Shown: positions 50,780-60,754, numbered from the stretch's first letter. The stretch is 64,000 nt of DNA from Anaerolineae bacterium (GCA_027021705.1 JALUTT010000117.1:39099-103098); one strand, 5' to 3'. The notes: a model not told the origin generated them from the sequence alone. Numbers and translations: made by a program.

Positions 50780-50806
50780 GTGCCAACGCCCGGCGCACCG
50801 AGGGGG

Positions 50807-50983
50807 GCAAGGGGCAGGGGGCAAGTTGCAAGGGGCAAGGGGCAAGGGGCAAGGGGCAAGTTGCAAGTTGCAAGGGGCAAGGGGCAAGGGGCAAGTTGCA
50901 AGGGGCAAGTTGCAAGAGCTGAGGACTGAGGACCGAGGACCAAACGACCACCTGACCACCCGACCACCCGACCACCCGACCAC
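50807..50983. repeat. Compound short tandem repeat block, same unit order and orientation as 35812-35940
   Basis: (CAAGGGG/CAAGTTG)n, then CTGAGGA/CCGAGGA, then (GACCACCY)n. Confidence 0.9.
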
Positions 50984-51098
50984 AAGAACCTTCCCCCACC
51001 GGCGAAAATGGTGTAAAATCAAGGCAGCAGTCGGCACGCCCGACGGCGCTCTCTCCCTACCGCGAAGGCGCGGGAAACGCCGCGAGGAGCACCGTGCA

Positions 51099-54000
51099 AT
51101 GGACCCCACCGACTTTTTGGGGAACCTGGCCGCAGAGGTGGCGGCGGACCTGGTGGGGCGGATGCTCTCCGCCCTGGGCACCGCCCTGCGCGGCACCCCC
51201 CAGGAGCAGGCCCTGCGCGAGGCCTACGCCCAGGCCATCGCCGCTTTCCCGGCCTGCTTGGAAATGCCGGAGGAGCCGGGGATCCGCCAGGTCTGGCAGA
51301 CATACCTGAAGCCCTTCTTCGACGATCCCCGGGTGCAGAAGGCCCTGACCGAGCTGGTGCTTTACGAGGGCCGGCCCGAGGCAGTGGACTTGGCCCCCTT
51401 CCGGGCTGCCTGGGCCGAGCACTACGGCCCCGGCGCAGAGGCCACCCTGCCTTGGCGGGAAGGGGAGAGCCTGGAGACGGCGATCCGCGCCTTCGCCCGC
51501 GCCTTCGAGCGGGAGGCCGAATCCCGGCCCGATCTGCACACCTTCCTCATCGCCGCCCGGCTCAAGCGGGTCGTGGACCGGCTGGAGCGGGGGGTGCCGG
51601 TCGAGGGGATGGAGGCCCTGCTGGCTGCCGTGGGGCGGCTGGCCGACCGGCACGACCAACTCCTGGCCCTCTTCACCCACCTGGCCCGGATGGGCTACGG
51701 CGTGCGGGTGGGAGGCGACGTCACGAACAGCGTCCTCATCACCGGAGACAACAACCAGGTGGTCGTAGCCGACCGGGGACTGCTCGCCGGCCTTTTCCAG
51801 GCCCTGCCCGACCGGGAGCGGATGCTCACCGAGTACCGCGCCCACCTCCGCCGCACCCACGCCCTCCTCGACCTCCGAGGTCTGACCCTTCCGCAGATCC
51901 ACGGGAAGCCCCTGGACCCCACCCTGGTGCGCATCCCCCTGGACCGTGTCTACATCAAGCTGCGGGCACTGCCCCGCCAAGAGCAGCCCGAGGCCCCGCC
52001 CCCGCCCGACGACGCCGAGGCGATCGCCCGCTACCTGCGAGCGCGGCAGAGGCCGGTGGAACGCCCCTTCGGCGAGGAGGCCGTTCCACCGGAGCAGGCG
52101 GTGCAGGAACATCCCACCCTGGTCATCCTCGGCGATCCCGGCGCGGGGAAGTCCACCTTCCTCCGCCACTTGACCTGGGTCGAGGCGGCCGGGGGGAGAG
52201 CCCTGCCGCTGCTGGTCCCCCTCGGCCGGGTTGACGTGGCGATGGCAGGGGTCCATTCCCTGGTGGATGCCGCCTTGGACGTCCTGACCGCCCACAAGGC
52301 CGGGGGGGAGCGGGACCGGTTGCGAAGGGTGCTGGAGGAGGAGATCAACGCCAAGCGGGTCCTGTGGCTGCTGGACGGCCTGGATGAGGTGCGACAGCAC
52401 CGCAGCGAGGTGGTGGAGGGCATCGCCGGACTGATGGCCGACGGACATCGGGTGGTGGTGACCTCCCGCCCGGTGGGGTATGAGATGATCCCCGGCTGCG
52501 ACACCCTGTACCACGTGCTACCGCTCCTCCCGGAGGACGCCCGGTCCTTTGTAGACCGCTGGTTCATCGCCCTGGCCGAGGCCCAGGGGGTGCCGGAGAG
52601 GGAACGGGAGCGATGGGCCCAGGAGCGGGCCGGGTGGCTGAGGGAGCAAGTCGAAAGCCGCCCCGGCCTGCGGGAAGTGGCTCAGAACCCGCTGATGCTC
52701 ACCTTCCTGGCCGTGCTGGCGGGAGATGAACCGAGGGAGGAATTCCCACGCCATCGGAAGGACCTCTACGCTCGGTACGTGGACCGGCTCGTCACCACCT
52801 GGGAGATCCGACGGCGAGGAGGGGAGGGGGTGTCGCTGCTGGAGGGGATCGCGGACCCCCACGAGGCGCGGGAGGTGGCGTTGTGGGGGTTCGAGCGGGT
52901 GGCGCTTCACCTGCACCGGGCCTACAGCGGACGGCCCGGGGAGGCCATCCGCGACAGGGTGAGGGCCTATCTGGCGGGACAACTGGCGCAGGCGACGGGG
53001 GCAAGCCGCTTCCGGGCCAACGGGTGGGCCAAGGCGATCCTGGATTTCTGGGAGCGGGCGGGATTGCTGGACCGGTATCCGATCCGGGGGCAAGAGTGGC
53101 TGGCCTTCCGACACCTGACCTTCCAGGAATACGGTGCCGCCCGCGCCCTGGCCGAGGCCCACGGGGGCGACCCCGACGGTCTGTGGGCCGAACTGGAGCC
53201 ACACCTCCTAGAGGACGAGTGGGCCCAGGTCATCCCCCTGGCGCTGGCCCAGTTACAGGACGCCACGCCCCTTCTGGAGCGGCTGCTGGAGGCCGACGGC
53301 GAGGACGAGGCCCGCCGCCGGCCCCTCTTCCTGGCGGCGGCGGCGATGGCGGAGGGGGCCGTGGCGGAGGATGGAGTGCGATGGCGGGTGGTGGACGGCC
53401 TGGAGCACCTGGCGCGAACGCGGGATTGGTGGGAATGGAGAAGGGCGAGTGCCTCTGATGCGCTGGCCGCGCTGGGTCGGATGGAAGGGGACCCCTACGC
53501 TGCCCGGCGGCTCCTCGCCCTGGCCCTCGACGAAAGCGTGGATGCCCGGGTGCGGGTGAACGCCGCCAGGGAGCTCGGCCGGCTGGGCCGGGCCGACGAA
53601 GCTGCCCCCATCCTCCTCGCCCTGGCCCACGACGAAAGCGTGGATGCCCGGGTGCGGGTGAACGCCGCCTGGGCGCTGGGCCGGCTGGGCCGGGCCGACG
53701 ACCTTCTGGCCCTGGCCCGCGATGAGGACGTGGATACCTGGGTGCGGAAAGAAGCCGCCAAGGCGCTGGGCCAACTGGGCCGGGCCGACGACCTTCTGGC
53801 CCTGGCCCGCGACGGAAGCGTGGATGTCTGGGTGCGGGAAGAAGCCGCCGAGGCGCTGGGCCGGCTGGGCCGGGCCGACGACCTTCTGGCCCTGGCCCGC
53901 GACGGAAGCGTGAATACTCGGGTGCGGGTGAACGCCGCCGAGGCGCTGGGCCAACTGGGCCGGGCCGACGACGCTGCCCCCATCCTCCTCGCCCTGGCTC

Positions 54001-56903
54001 GCGACGAGAGCGTGGATGCCTGGAGGCGGGTGAACGCCGCCGAGGCGCTGGGCCGGCTGGGCCGGGCCGACGAAGCCGCCCCCATCCTCCTCGCCCTGGC
54101 CCGCGACGAAAGCGTAGATGCCCGGGTGCGGGTGAACGCCGCCTGGGCGCTGGGCCGGCTGGGCCGGACCGACGAGGCCGCCCCCATCCTCCTCGCTCTG
54201 GCCCGCGACGAAAGCGTAGATGCCCGGGTGCGGGTGAACGCCGCCTGGGCGCTGGGCCGGCTGGGCCGGGCCGACGAAGCCGCTCCCATCCTCCTCGCCT
54301 TGGCCCGCGACGAAAGCGTGGATGCCTGGAGGCGGGTGAACGCCGCCGAGGCGCTGGGCCGGCTGGGCCGGGCCGACGAAGCTGCCCCCATCCTCCTCGC
54401 CCTGGCCCGCGACGGAAGCGTGGATGCCGAGGTGCGGGTGGACGCCGCCGAGGCGCTGGGCCGGCTGGGCCGGGCCGATGAGGCTGCCCAAGCCTGGCTC
54501 GCCCTGGCCCGCGACGGAAGCGTGGATGCCGAGGTGCGGGTGAACGCCGCCGAGGCACTGAGCCGGCTGGGCTGGGCCGACAACTTTCTGGCCCTGACCC
54601 GCGACGGAAGCGTGGATGCCTGGAGGCGGGTGAACGCTGCCAGGGAGCTCGGCAGGCTGGGCCAGGCCGATGCAGCTGCCCCCATCCTCCTCGCCCTGGC
54701 CCGCGACGAAAGCGTGGATGTCTGGGTGCGGGTGAACGCCGCCTGGGCGCTGGGGGAACTGGGTCAGGTCAATGAAGCTGCCCAAGCCTGGCTTGCCTTG
54801 GCCCGCGACGAAAGCGTGGATGCCTGGAGGCGGGTGAATGCCGCCGAGGCGCTAGGTGAACTGGGCCCGGCCGACGAAGCCACCCCCATCCTCCTCGCCC
54901 TGGCCCGCGACGAAAGCGTAGATGCCCGGGTGCGGGTGAACGCCGCCTGGGCGCTGGGCCGGCTGGGCCGGGCCGACGAAGCCGCTCCCATCCTCCTCGC
55001 CCTGGCCCGCGACGGAAGCGTGGATGCCGAGGTGCGGGTGGACGCCGCCGAGGCGCTGGGCCGGCTGGGCCGGGCCGACGACCTTCTGGCCCTGGCCCGC
55101 GATGAGGACGTGGATACCTGGGTGCGGAAAGAAGCCGCCAAGGCACTGGGCGAACTGGGCCGGGCCGATGAAGCTGCCCAAGCCTGGCTCGCCCTGGCCC
55201 GCGACGGAAGCGTGGATGCCGAGGTGCGGGTGAACGCCGCCGAGGCACTGAGCCGGCTGGGCCGGGCCGATGAAGCTGCCCCCATCCTCCTCGCCCTGGC
55301 CCGCGACGGAAGCGTGGATGCCGAGGTGCGGGTGGACGCCGCCAAGGCGCTGGGCCGGCTGGGCCGGGCCGATGAAGCTGCCCAAGCCTGGCCCGCCCTG
55401 GCCCGCGACGGAAGCGTGGATGCCGAGGTGCGGGTGAACGCTGCCAGGGAGCTCGGCAGGCTGGGCCGGGCCGATGCAGCTGCCCCCATCCTCCTCGCCC
55501 TGGCCCGCGACGAAAGCGTGGATGTCTGGGTGCGGGTGAACGCCGCCTGGGCGCTGGGGGAACTGGGTCAGGTCAATGAAGCTGCCCAAGCCTGGCTTGC
55601 CTTGGCCCGCGACGAAAGCGTGGATGTCTGGGTGCGGGTGAACGCCGCCTGGGCGCTGGGGGAACTGGGTCAGGTCAATGAAGCTGCCCAAGCCTGGCTT
55701 GCCTTGGCCCGCGACGAAAGCGTGGATGCCTGGAGGCGGGTGAATGCCGCCGAGGCGCTGGGCTGGCTGGGCCGGGCCGACGAAGCCGCCCCCATCCTCC
55801 TCGCCCTGGCCCGCGACGAAAGCGTGGATGCCTGGAGGCGGGTGAATGCCGCCGAGGCGCTGGGCTGGCTGGGCCGGGCCGACGAAGCCGCCCCCCTCCT
55901 CCTCGCCCTGGCCCGCGACGAAAGCGTAGATGCCCGGGTGCGGGTGAACGCCGCCGAGGCGCTAGGTGAACTGGGCCCGGCCGACGAAGCCGCCCCCCTC
56001 CTCCTCGCCCTGGCCCGCGACGAAAGCGTGGATGCCGAGGTGCGGGTGAACGCTGCCAGGGAGCTCGGCAGGCTGGGCCGGGCCGACGAAGCCGCCCCCC
56101 TCCTCCTCGCCCTGGCCCGCGACGAAAGCGTAGATGCCCGGGTGCGGGTGAACGCCGCCTGGGCGCTGGGCCGGCTGGGCCGGGCCGACGAAGCCGCCCC
56201 CCTCCTCCTCGCCCTGGCCCGCGACGAAAGCGTGGATGTCTGGGTGCGGGTGAATGCCGCCGAGGCGCTGGGGGAACTGGGCCGGGCCGACGACCTTCTG
56301 GCCCTCGCCCGCGATGAGAACGTGGATACCTGGATGCGGGAAGAAGCCGCCAAGGCACTGGGCGAACTGGGCCGGGCCGACGAAGCCGCCCCCCTCCTCC
56401 TCGCCCTGGCCCGCGATGAGAACGTGGATACCTGGGTGCGGGAAGAAGCCGCCAAGGCGCTGGGGGAACTAGGCCGGGCCGACGAAGCCGCCCCCCTCCT
56501 CCTCGCCCTGGCCCGCGACGAAAGCGTGGATGTCTGGGTGCGGGTGAGCGCCGCCGAAGCGCTAGGCCGGCTGGGCCGGGCCGACGAAGCTGTCCCCATT
56601 CTCCTCGCCCTGGCCCGCGACGGAAGCGTGGATGCCCGGGTGCGGGTGAGCGCTGCCTGGGCGCTGGGCCGGCTGGGCCGGGCCGACGAAGCCGCCCCCA
56701 TCCTCCTCGCCCTGGCCCACGACGGAAGCGTGGATGCCGAGGTGCGGGCGAGTGCGGTCGAGGCGCTGGGAGAACTGGGCCGAGCCGCTGCCAGGCCAGA
56801 GGTGACAGGGGTGGTGACAGGACTGCGGGCGCTGGCCGAGGATGCCACCACGCCCTTGTTGGTGCGCCGGGCGGCGCGGCGAGCCTTGCAGCGATGGACG
56901 TAG
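51099..56903 (+). CDS. NACHT (STAND) NTPase with C-terminal HEAT-like repeats, bacterial NLR-like, about 1934 aa
   Basis: Start MDPTDF after AGGAG; VYIKL, ILGDPGAGKST (Walker A), LLDGLDE (Walker B), VTSR, NPLML, FRHLTFQEY; 33 repeats at the C-terminus. Confidence 0.9.
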   Translation: MDPTDFLGNLAAEVAADLVGRMLSALGTALRGTPQEQALREAYAQAIAAFPACLEMPEEPGIRQVWQTYLKPFFDDPRVQKALTELVLYEGRPEAVDLAPFRAAWAEHYGPGAEATLPWREGESLETAIRAFARAFEREAESRPDLHTFLIAARLKRVVDRLERGVPVEGMEALLAAVGRLADRHDQLLALFTHLARMGYGVRVGGDVTNSVLITGDNNQVVVADRGLLAGLFQALPDRERMLTEYRAHLRRTHALLDLRGLTLPQIHGKPLDPTLVRIPLDRVYIKLRALPRQEQPEAPPPPDDAEAIARYLRARQRPVERPFGEEAVPPEQAVQEHPTLVILGDPGAGKSTFLRHLTWVEAAGGRALPLLVPLGRVDVAMAGVHSLVDAALDVLTAHKAGGERDRLRRVLEEEINAKRVLWLLDGLDEVRQHRSEVVEGIAGLMADGHRVVVTSRPVGYEMIPGCDTLYHVLPLLPEDARSFVDRWFIALAEAQGVPERERERWAQERAGWLREQVESRPGLREVAQNPLMLTFLAVLAGDEPREEFPRHRKDLYARYVDRLVTTWEIRRRGGEGVSLLEGIADPHEAREVALWGFERVALHLHRAYSGRPGEAIRDRVRAYLAGQLAQATGASRFRANGWAKAILDFWERAGLLDRYPIRGQEWLAFRHLTFQEYGAARALAEAHGGDPDGLWAELEPHLLEDEWAQVIPLALAQLQDATPLLERLLEADGEDEARRRPLFLAAAAMAEGAVAEDGVRWRVVDGLEHLARTRDWWEWRRASASDALAALGRMEGDPYAARRLLALALDESVDARVRVNAARELGRLGRADEAAPILLALAHDESVDARVRVNAAWALGRLGRADDLLALARDEDVDTWVRKEAAKALGQLGRADDLLALARDGSVDVWVREEAAEALGRLGRADDLLALARDGSVNTRVRVNAAEALGQLGRADDAAPILLALARDESVDAWRRVNAAEALGRLGRADEAAPILLALARDESVDARVRVNAAWALGRLGRTDEAAPILLALARDESVDARVRVNAAWALGRLGRADEAAPILLALARDESVDAWRRVNAAEALGRLGRADEAAPILLALARDGSVDAEVRVDAAEALGRLGRADEAAQAWLALARDGSVDAEVRVNAAEALSRLGWADNFLALTRDGSVDAWRRVNAARELGRLGQADAAAPILLALARDESVDVWVRVNAAWALGELGQVNEAAQAWLALARDESVDAWRRVNAAEALGELGPADEATPILLALARDESVDARVRVNAAWALGRLGRADEAAPILLALARDGSVDAEVRVDAAEALGRLGRADDLLALARDEDVDTWVRKEAAKALGELGRADEAAQAWLALARDGSVDAEVRVNAAEALSRLGRADEAAPILLALARDGSVDAEVRVDAAKALGRLGRADEAAQAWPALARDGSVDAEVRVNAARELGRLGRADAAAPILLALARDESVDVWVRVNAAWALGELGQVNEAAQAWLALARDESVDVWVRVNAAWALGELGQVNEAAQAWLALARDESVDAWRRVNAAEALGWLGRADEAAPILLALARDESVDAWRRVNAAEALGWLGRADEAAPLLLALARDESVDARVRVNAAEALGELGPADEAAPLLLALARDESVDAEVRVNAARELGRLGRADEAAPLLLALARDESVDARVRVNAAWALGRLGRADEAAPLLLALARDESVDVWVRVNAAEALGELGRADDLLALARDENVDTWMREEAAKALGELGRADEAAPLLLALARDENVDTWVREEAAKALGELGRADEAAPLLLALARDESVDVWVRVSAAEALGRLGRADEAVPILLALARDGSVDARVRVSAAWALGRLGRADEAAPILLALAHDGSVDAEVRASAVEALGELGRAAARPEVTGVVTGLRALAEDATTPLLVRRAARRALQRWT
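53529..56783 (+). repeat. 33 tandem coding repeats of 102 or 90 bp (34 or 30 aa, HEAT-like)
   Basis: Consensus D(E/G)SVDAxVRVNAAxALGxLGRADEAAPILLALAR; very high DNA-level similarity between units. Confidence 0.95.
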
Positions 56904-56987
56904 CCCGTCACTCCCGCAGGTCGCGCGGTGCTCGGCGACGGCAACGGCTTATCGGAGTGAGGAGAACCTGCGGGAGGGGCCGGGTGC

Positions 56988-57250
56988 TCACCGCTCCACC
57001 TCAAACCCCGGCCCCGACGGGCGGTTCAGGTCCACGACGACCTCGCGCCCGCCCCAACCGTCCACCAGATCGTGGGCGCGGACGCGCACCCGGCTCACCC
57101 CTTCGGGGATGACGATGCCGCTCTGGCTGCGCGTAAAGGGCTGTTCGCCCACGTGGGGATGGAGCAGCAGCCGGGTGAAGGGGCTGTCCGGGTCCGGCTT
57201 GAGCACCGTGCCGTCGGGCAGCACCACATCCCATCCGTCGAGGAACCACC
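56988..57250 (-). pseudogene. N-terminally truncated conserved hypothetical protein (HPHVxEQPFTRS type)
   Basis: DGWDVV..DGTVL, TRLLLHPHVGEQPFTRS, VRAHDLVDGWGG; the upstream part lacks the expected start and signal peptide. Confidence 0.55.
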
Positions 57251-57285
57251 TGCACCGTCCGGGCGGGGGGTTGACCTTCGACGGC

Positions 57286-58215
57286 TCACGGGCCCAAGGC
57301 CACGTAGCCGCCACCAATCCACCGCTGACCCTCCTCACCCAGCACCCAGGCCACGAAGTCGCCCAGCCCTCCCGCCGGCGGCCGGCGCGCGACCAGGTAG
57401 AGGGGACGGGCCAGCGGATAGCGCCGTGCCGCGATGGCCGACGGCAGAGGCGGCACCCCCTCCACGTTCAGCACGTTCACCCCCGGCTGCAAGTAGGCCG
57501 TCGAGACGTACCCCACCGCCCCCGGCGTTTCCATCACATACTCGACGACCGCCTGGTTCCCCGCCATCACCACCGCGTTCAGCGTCACCCGCTGCTCCCC
57601 CATCACCAGGGTCTCGAAGAAGGCCCGGGTGCCTGATCCCTCCTCCCGGCTGACGATGACCACTTCTTGCGCCTTTCCCCCCGCCCCTGCCCAACTCGTC
57701 AGATGCCCTTGAAAGAGGTCCTGCACCTGCCCTCCGCTCAGCGTCGTCACCGGGTTGTCGGGGTGGGTGATGAGGGCCACGCCATCCCAGGCGAAAGGGG
57801 TGACCCAGAGAGAGGCCGTCTCCGTGAGACCGGAGGATGCCGGGGAGAGGAGGTCAGGAGAAGCAGAGAGGAAGGCCAGGTCCGCCCGCCCCGTCTCCAG
57901 CGCCTCCAGGGCAGTGGCGCTGTTGGCCACCGGCAGCAGGCGGGTGGTCACGAAGGGGCGGTTGGTCTGATAGACCGCCAGGAGCATCTCCGCCAGCGGC
58001 GTCGTCGTCGAATCGGCCGCGACGCGGAAGCGGACCGGCTCCGGGGTTACCACCGGACTCCGCGCGCAGGCGACCAGAAGGAGCCAGAGCGCGAGGATCA
58101 CCCCTTGCAATTTGCCATTTGCAACTCGCAATTTGCCATTTGCAATTCGCAATTTGCCATTTGCAATTCGCAATTTGCCCCCTGCCCCTTGCCCCTTGCA
58201 GCTTGCAGATCGCAC
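57286..58215 (-). CDS. PstS-like phosphate-binding lipoprotein
   Basis: Lipobox LLVAC, DGVALITHPDNPV, SREEGSGTR, YPLARPLY; GTG start after GGGAGG. Confidence 0.85.
   Translation of the reverse strand: MRSASCKGQGAGGKLRIANGKLRIANGKLRVANGKLQGVILALWLLLVACARSPVVTPEPVRFRVAADSTTTPLAEMLLAVYQTNRPFVTTRLLPVANSATALEALETGRADLAFLSASPDLLSPASSGLTETASLWVTPFAWDGVALITHPDNPVTTLSGGQVQDLFQGHLTSWAGAGGKAQEVVIVSREEGSGTRAFFETLVMGEQRVTLNAVVMAGNQAVVEYVMETPGAVGYVSTAYLQPGVNVLNVEGVPPLPSAIAARRYPLARPLYLVARRPPAGGLGDFVAWVLGEEGQRWIGGGYVALGP
58103..58208. repeat. Heptamer tract (TTGCAAT/TTGCCAT/TCGCAAT, CCTTGCC) within the 5' end of the PstS-like ORF
   Basis: Translates on the minus strand as GKLRIANGKLRIANGKLRVANGKL. Confidence 0.9.
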
Positions 58216-58219
58216 TTCT

Positions 58220-59035
58220 TCACCCTCCCCGCACCAGCGCGATTAGAAGGCTGAAGAGGCTGAAGGCCGTGCAGTAGAGGGCGAAGATGTAGAGGGGGCG
58301 TCGCTGGAGGAAAGCGAGCAGCCAGCGGATGGCCAAGTAGCCGGTGAGGGCGGCGACGGTGAACCCCAGCAGCAAGGTCGGGGCCTGAGAGACCAGCGAG
58401 CCCGCCCGGGCCAGGTCCAACAGCTTGACCAGGCCGGCCCCCAGGATGACGGGAATCGAGAGGAGGAAGCTGAAGCGGGCCGCCGCCTCCCGCTCGATCT
58501 CCCGCGCCAGCCCCGTGGCGATGGTCGCGCCGGAGCGGGAGATGCCGGGCAGGATGGCCGCCGCCTGGGCCAGACCGATGAGCAGCGCGTCCATCCCTCC
58601 GATAGCCGAGAGGGGGCGCCGGCGCCGTCCCACCCGCTCGCTGACCGTCAGGATGAGGGCCGTGATCAGGAGGAAGAGGGCTGCGGCAAGGGGCTGACCG
58701 AAGAGGCGCTCGAAGAAGTCTCCCAGGAGCAGACCGGCCAGTGCCGCCGGCAGGCTCCCCAGCAGGATCGCCCAGGCCAGCCGAGCCCGGGGGTGGGCCA
58801 GGGAGCGACGGCGCAGGCTGACCAGCCAGGCCCTCAGCAGTCCGTCCAGGTCCCGCCAGAAGACGGCGAAGATCGCCACCAGCGTCCCCCAGTGGACGGT
58901 GGTATCGAAGGCGAGGGGGGGAGGATCCCAGCCCAGGAGCCAAGGCACCAACACCAGGTGTCCGGAACTGGAGACGGGGATGAACTCGGTGGCTCCCTGG
59001 AGGAAGCCCAGGAGGACAGCCTGCAGGATGCTCAT
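58220..59035 (-). CDS. uppP: Undecaprenyl-diphosphate phosphatase
   Basis: QGATEFIPVSSSGHL, PGISRSGATI, AARFSFLLSIP. Confidence 0.96.
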   Translation of the reverse strand: MSILQAVLLGFLQGATEFIPVSSSGHLVLVPWLLGWDPPPLAFDTTVHWGTLVAIFAVFWRDLDGLLRAWLVSLRRRSLAHPRARLAWAILLGSLPAALAGLLLGDFFERLFGQPLAAALFLLITALILTVSERVGRRRRPLSAIGGMDALLIGLAQAAAILPGISRSGATIATGLAREIEREAAARFSFLLSIPVILGAGLVKLLDLARAGSLVSQAPTLLLGFTVAALTGYLAIRWLLAFLQRRPLYIFALYCTAFSLFSLLIALVRGG

Positions 59036-59042
59036 CGGACAG

Positions 59043-60292
<1,250 letters not shown>

Positions 60293-60510
60293 GATCAGCG
60301 GTCGGCCCTTGGCCATCGGCAGCCGCTGCCCTCACCCCTCGTCGCCTCATCCCTCGGTGCCTCCCCCTTGACCGGTGGTCAGCCCTCGGCCGTCAGCAGC
60401 CGCTGCCCTCGCCCCTCGTCGCCTCACCCCTCGGTGCCTCCCCCTTGGCCGGCCGACCGTCCCCCTTGATCGGTGATAACCCACAATCCATTATGTCAAG
60501 TCAGTGCGTG

Positions 60511-60664
60511 CGGTGATTACCCACAAGGGAGCGAGAGAGTGGTCCGTAGCAGGCCGTCTACGAATTTCTCATAAATGCACGAATGAGGCGGTCCTTAATT
60601 CGTGTATTCGTGCCCTCTTCGTGGACGGCTAGTCTCCCTATCTCCAAGATATGGGTAATCACCG
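60511..60664 (+). repeat. Repeat family A, copy 3, with both 13-bp terminal inverted repeats
   Basis: CGGTGATTACCCA ... TGGGTAATCACCG. Confidence 0.85.
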
Positions 60665-60754
60665 GCCCTTGACCTTCCCCATAATTGGCGTACAATAGAA
60701 CCATCCGACCACCAGACCACTCGACCACTCGACCACTCGACCAAGCGACCACCC

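Noticed and set aside
50592..51098. 169-aa N-terminal extension of the NACHT ORF
   Set aside because: It overlaps the antisense HTH gene and runs through microsatellites; the SD supports a start at 51099.
53529..56783. TALE-like DNA-binding array (34-aa units)
   Set aside because: It lacks the LTPxQVVAIAS..GG consensus; the VRxxAAxALGxLG pattern is HEAT-like.
53529..56783. Diversity-generating retroelement target
   Set aside because: There is no reverse transcriptase or template repeat in the window, and the variation is cassette-like rather than adenine-specific.
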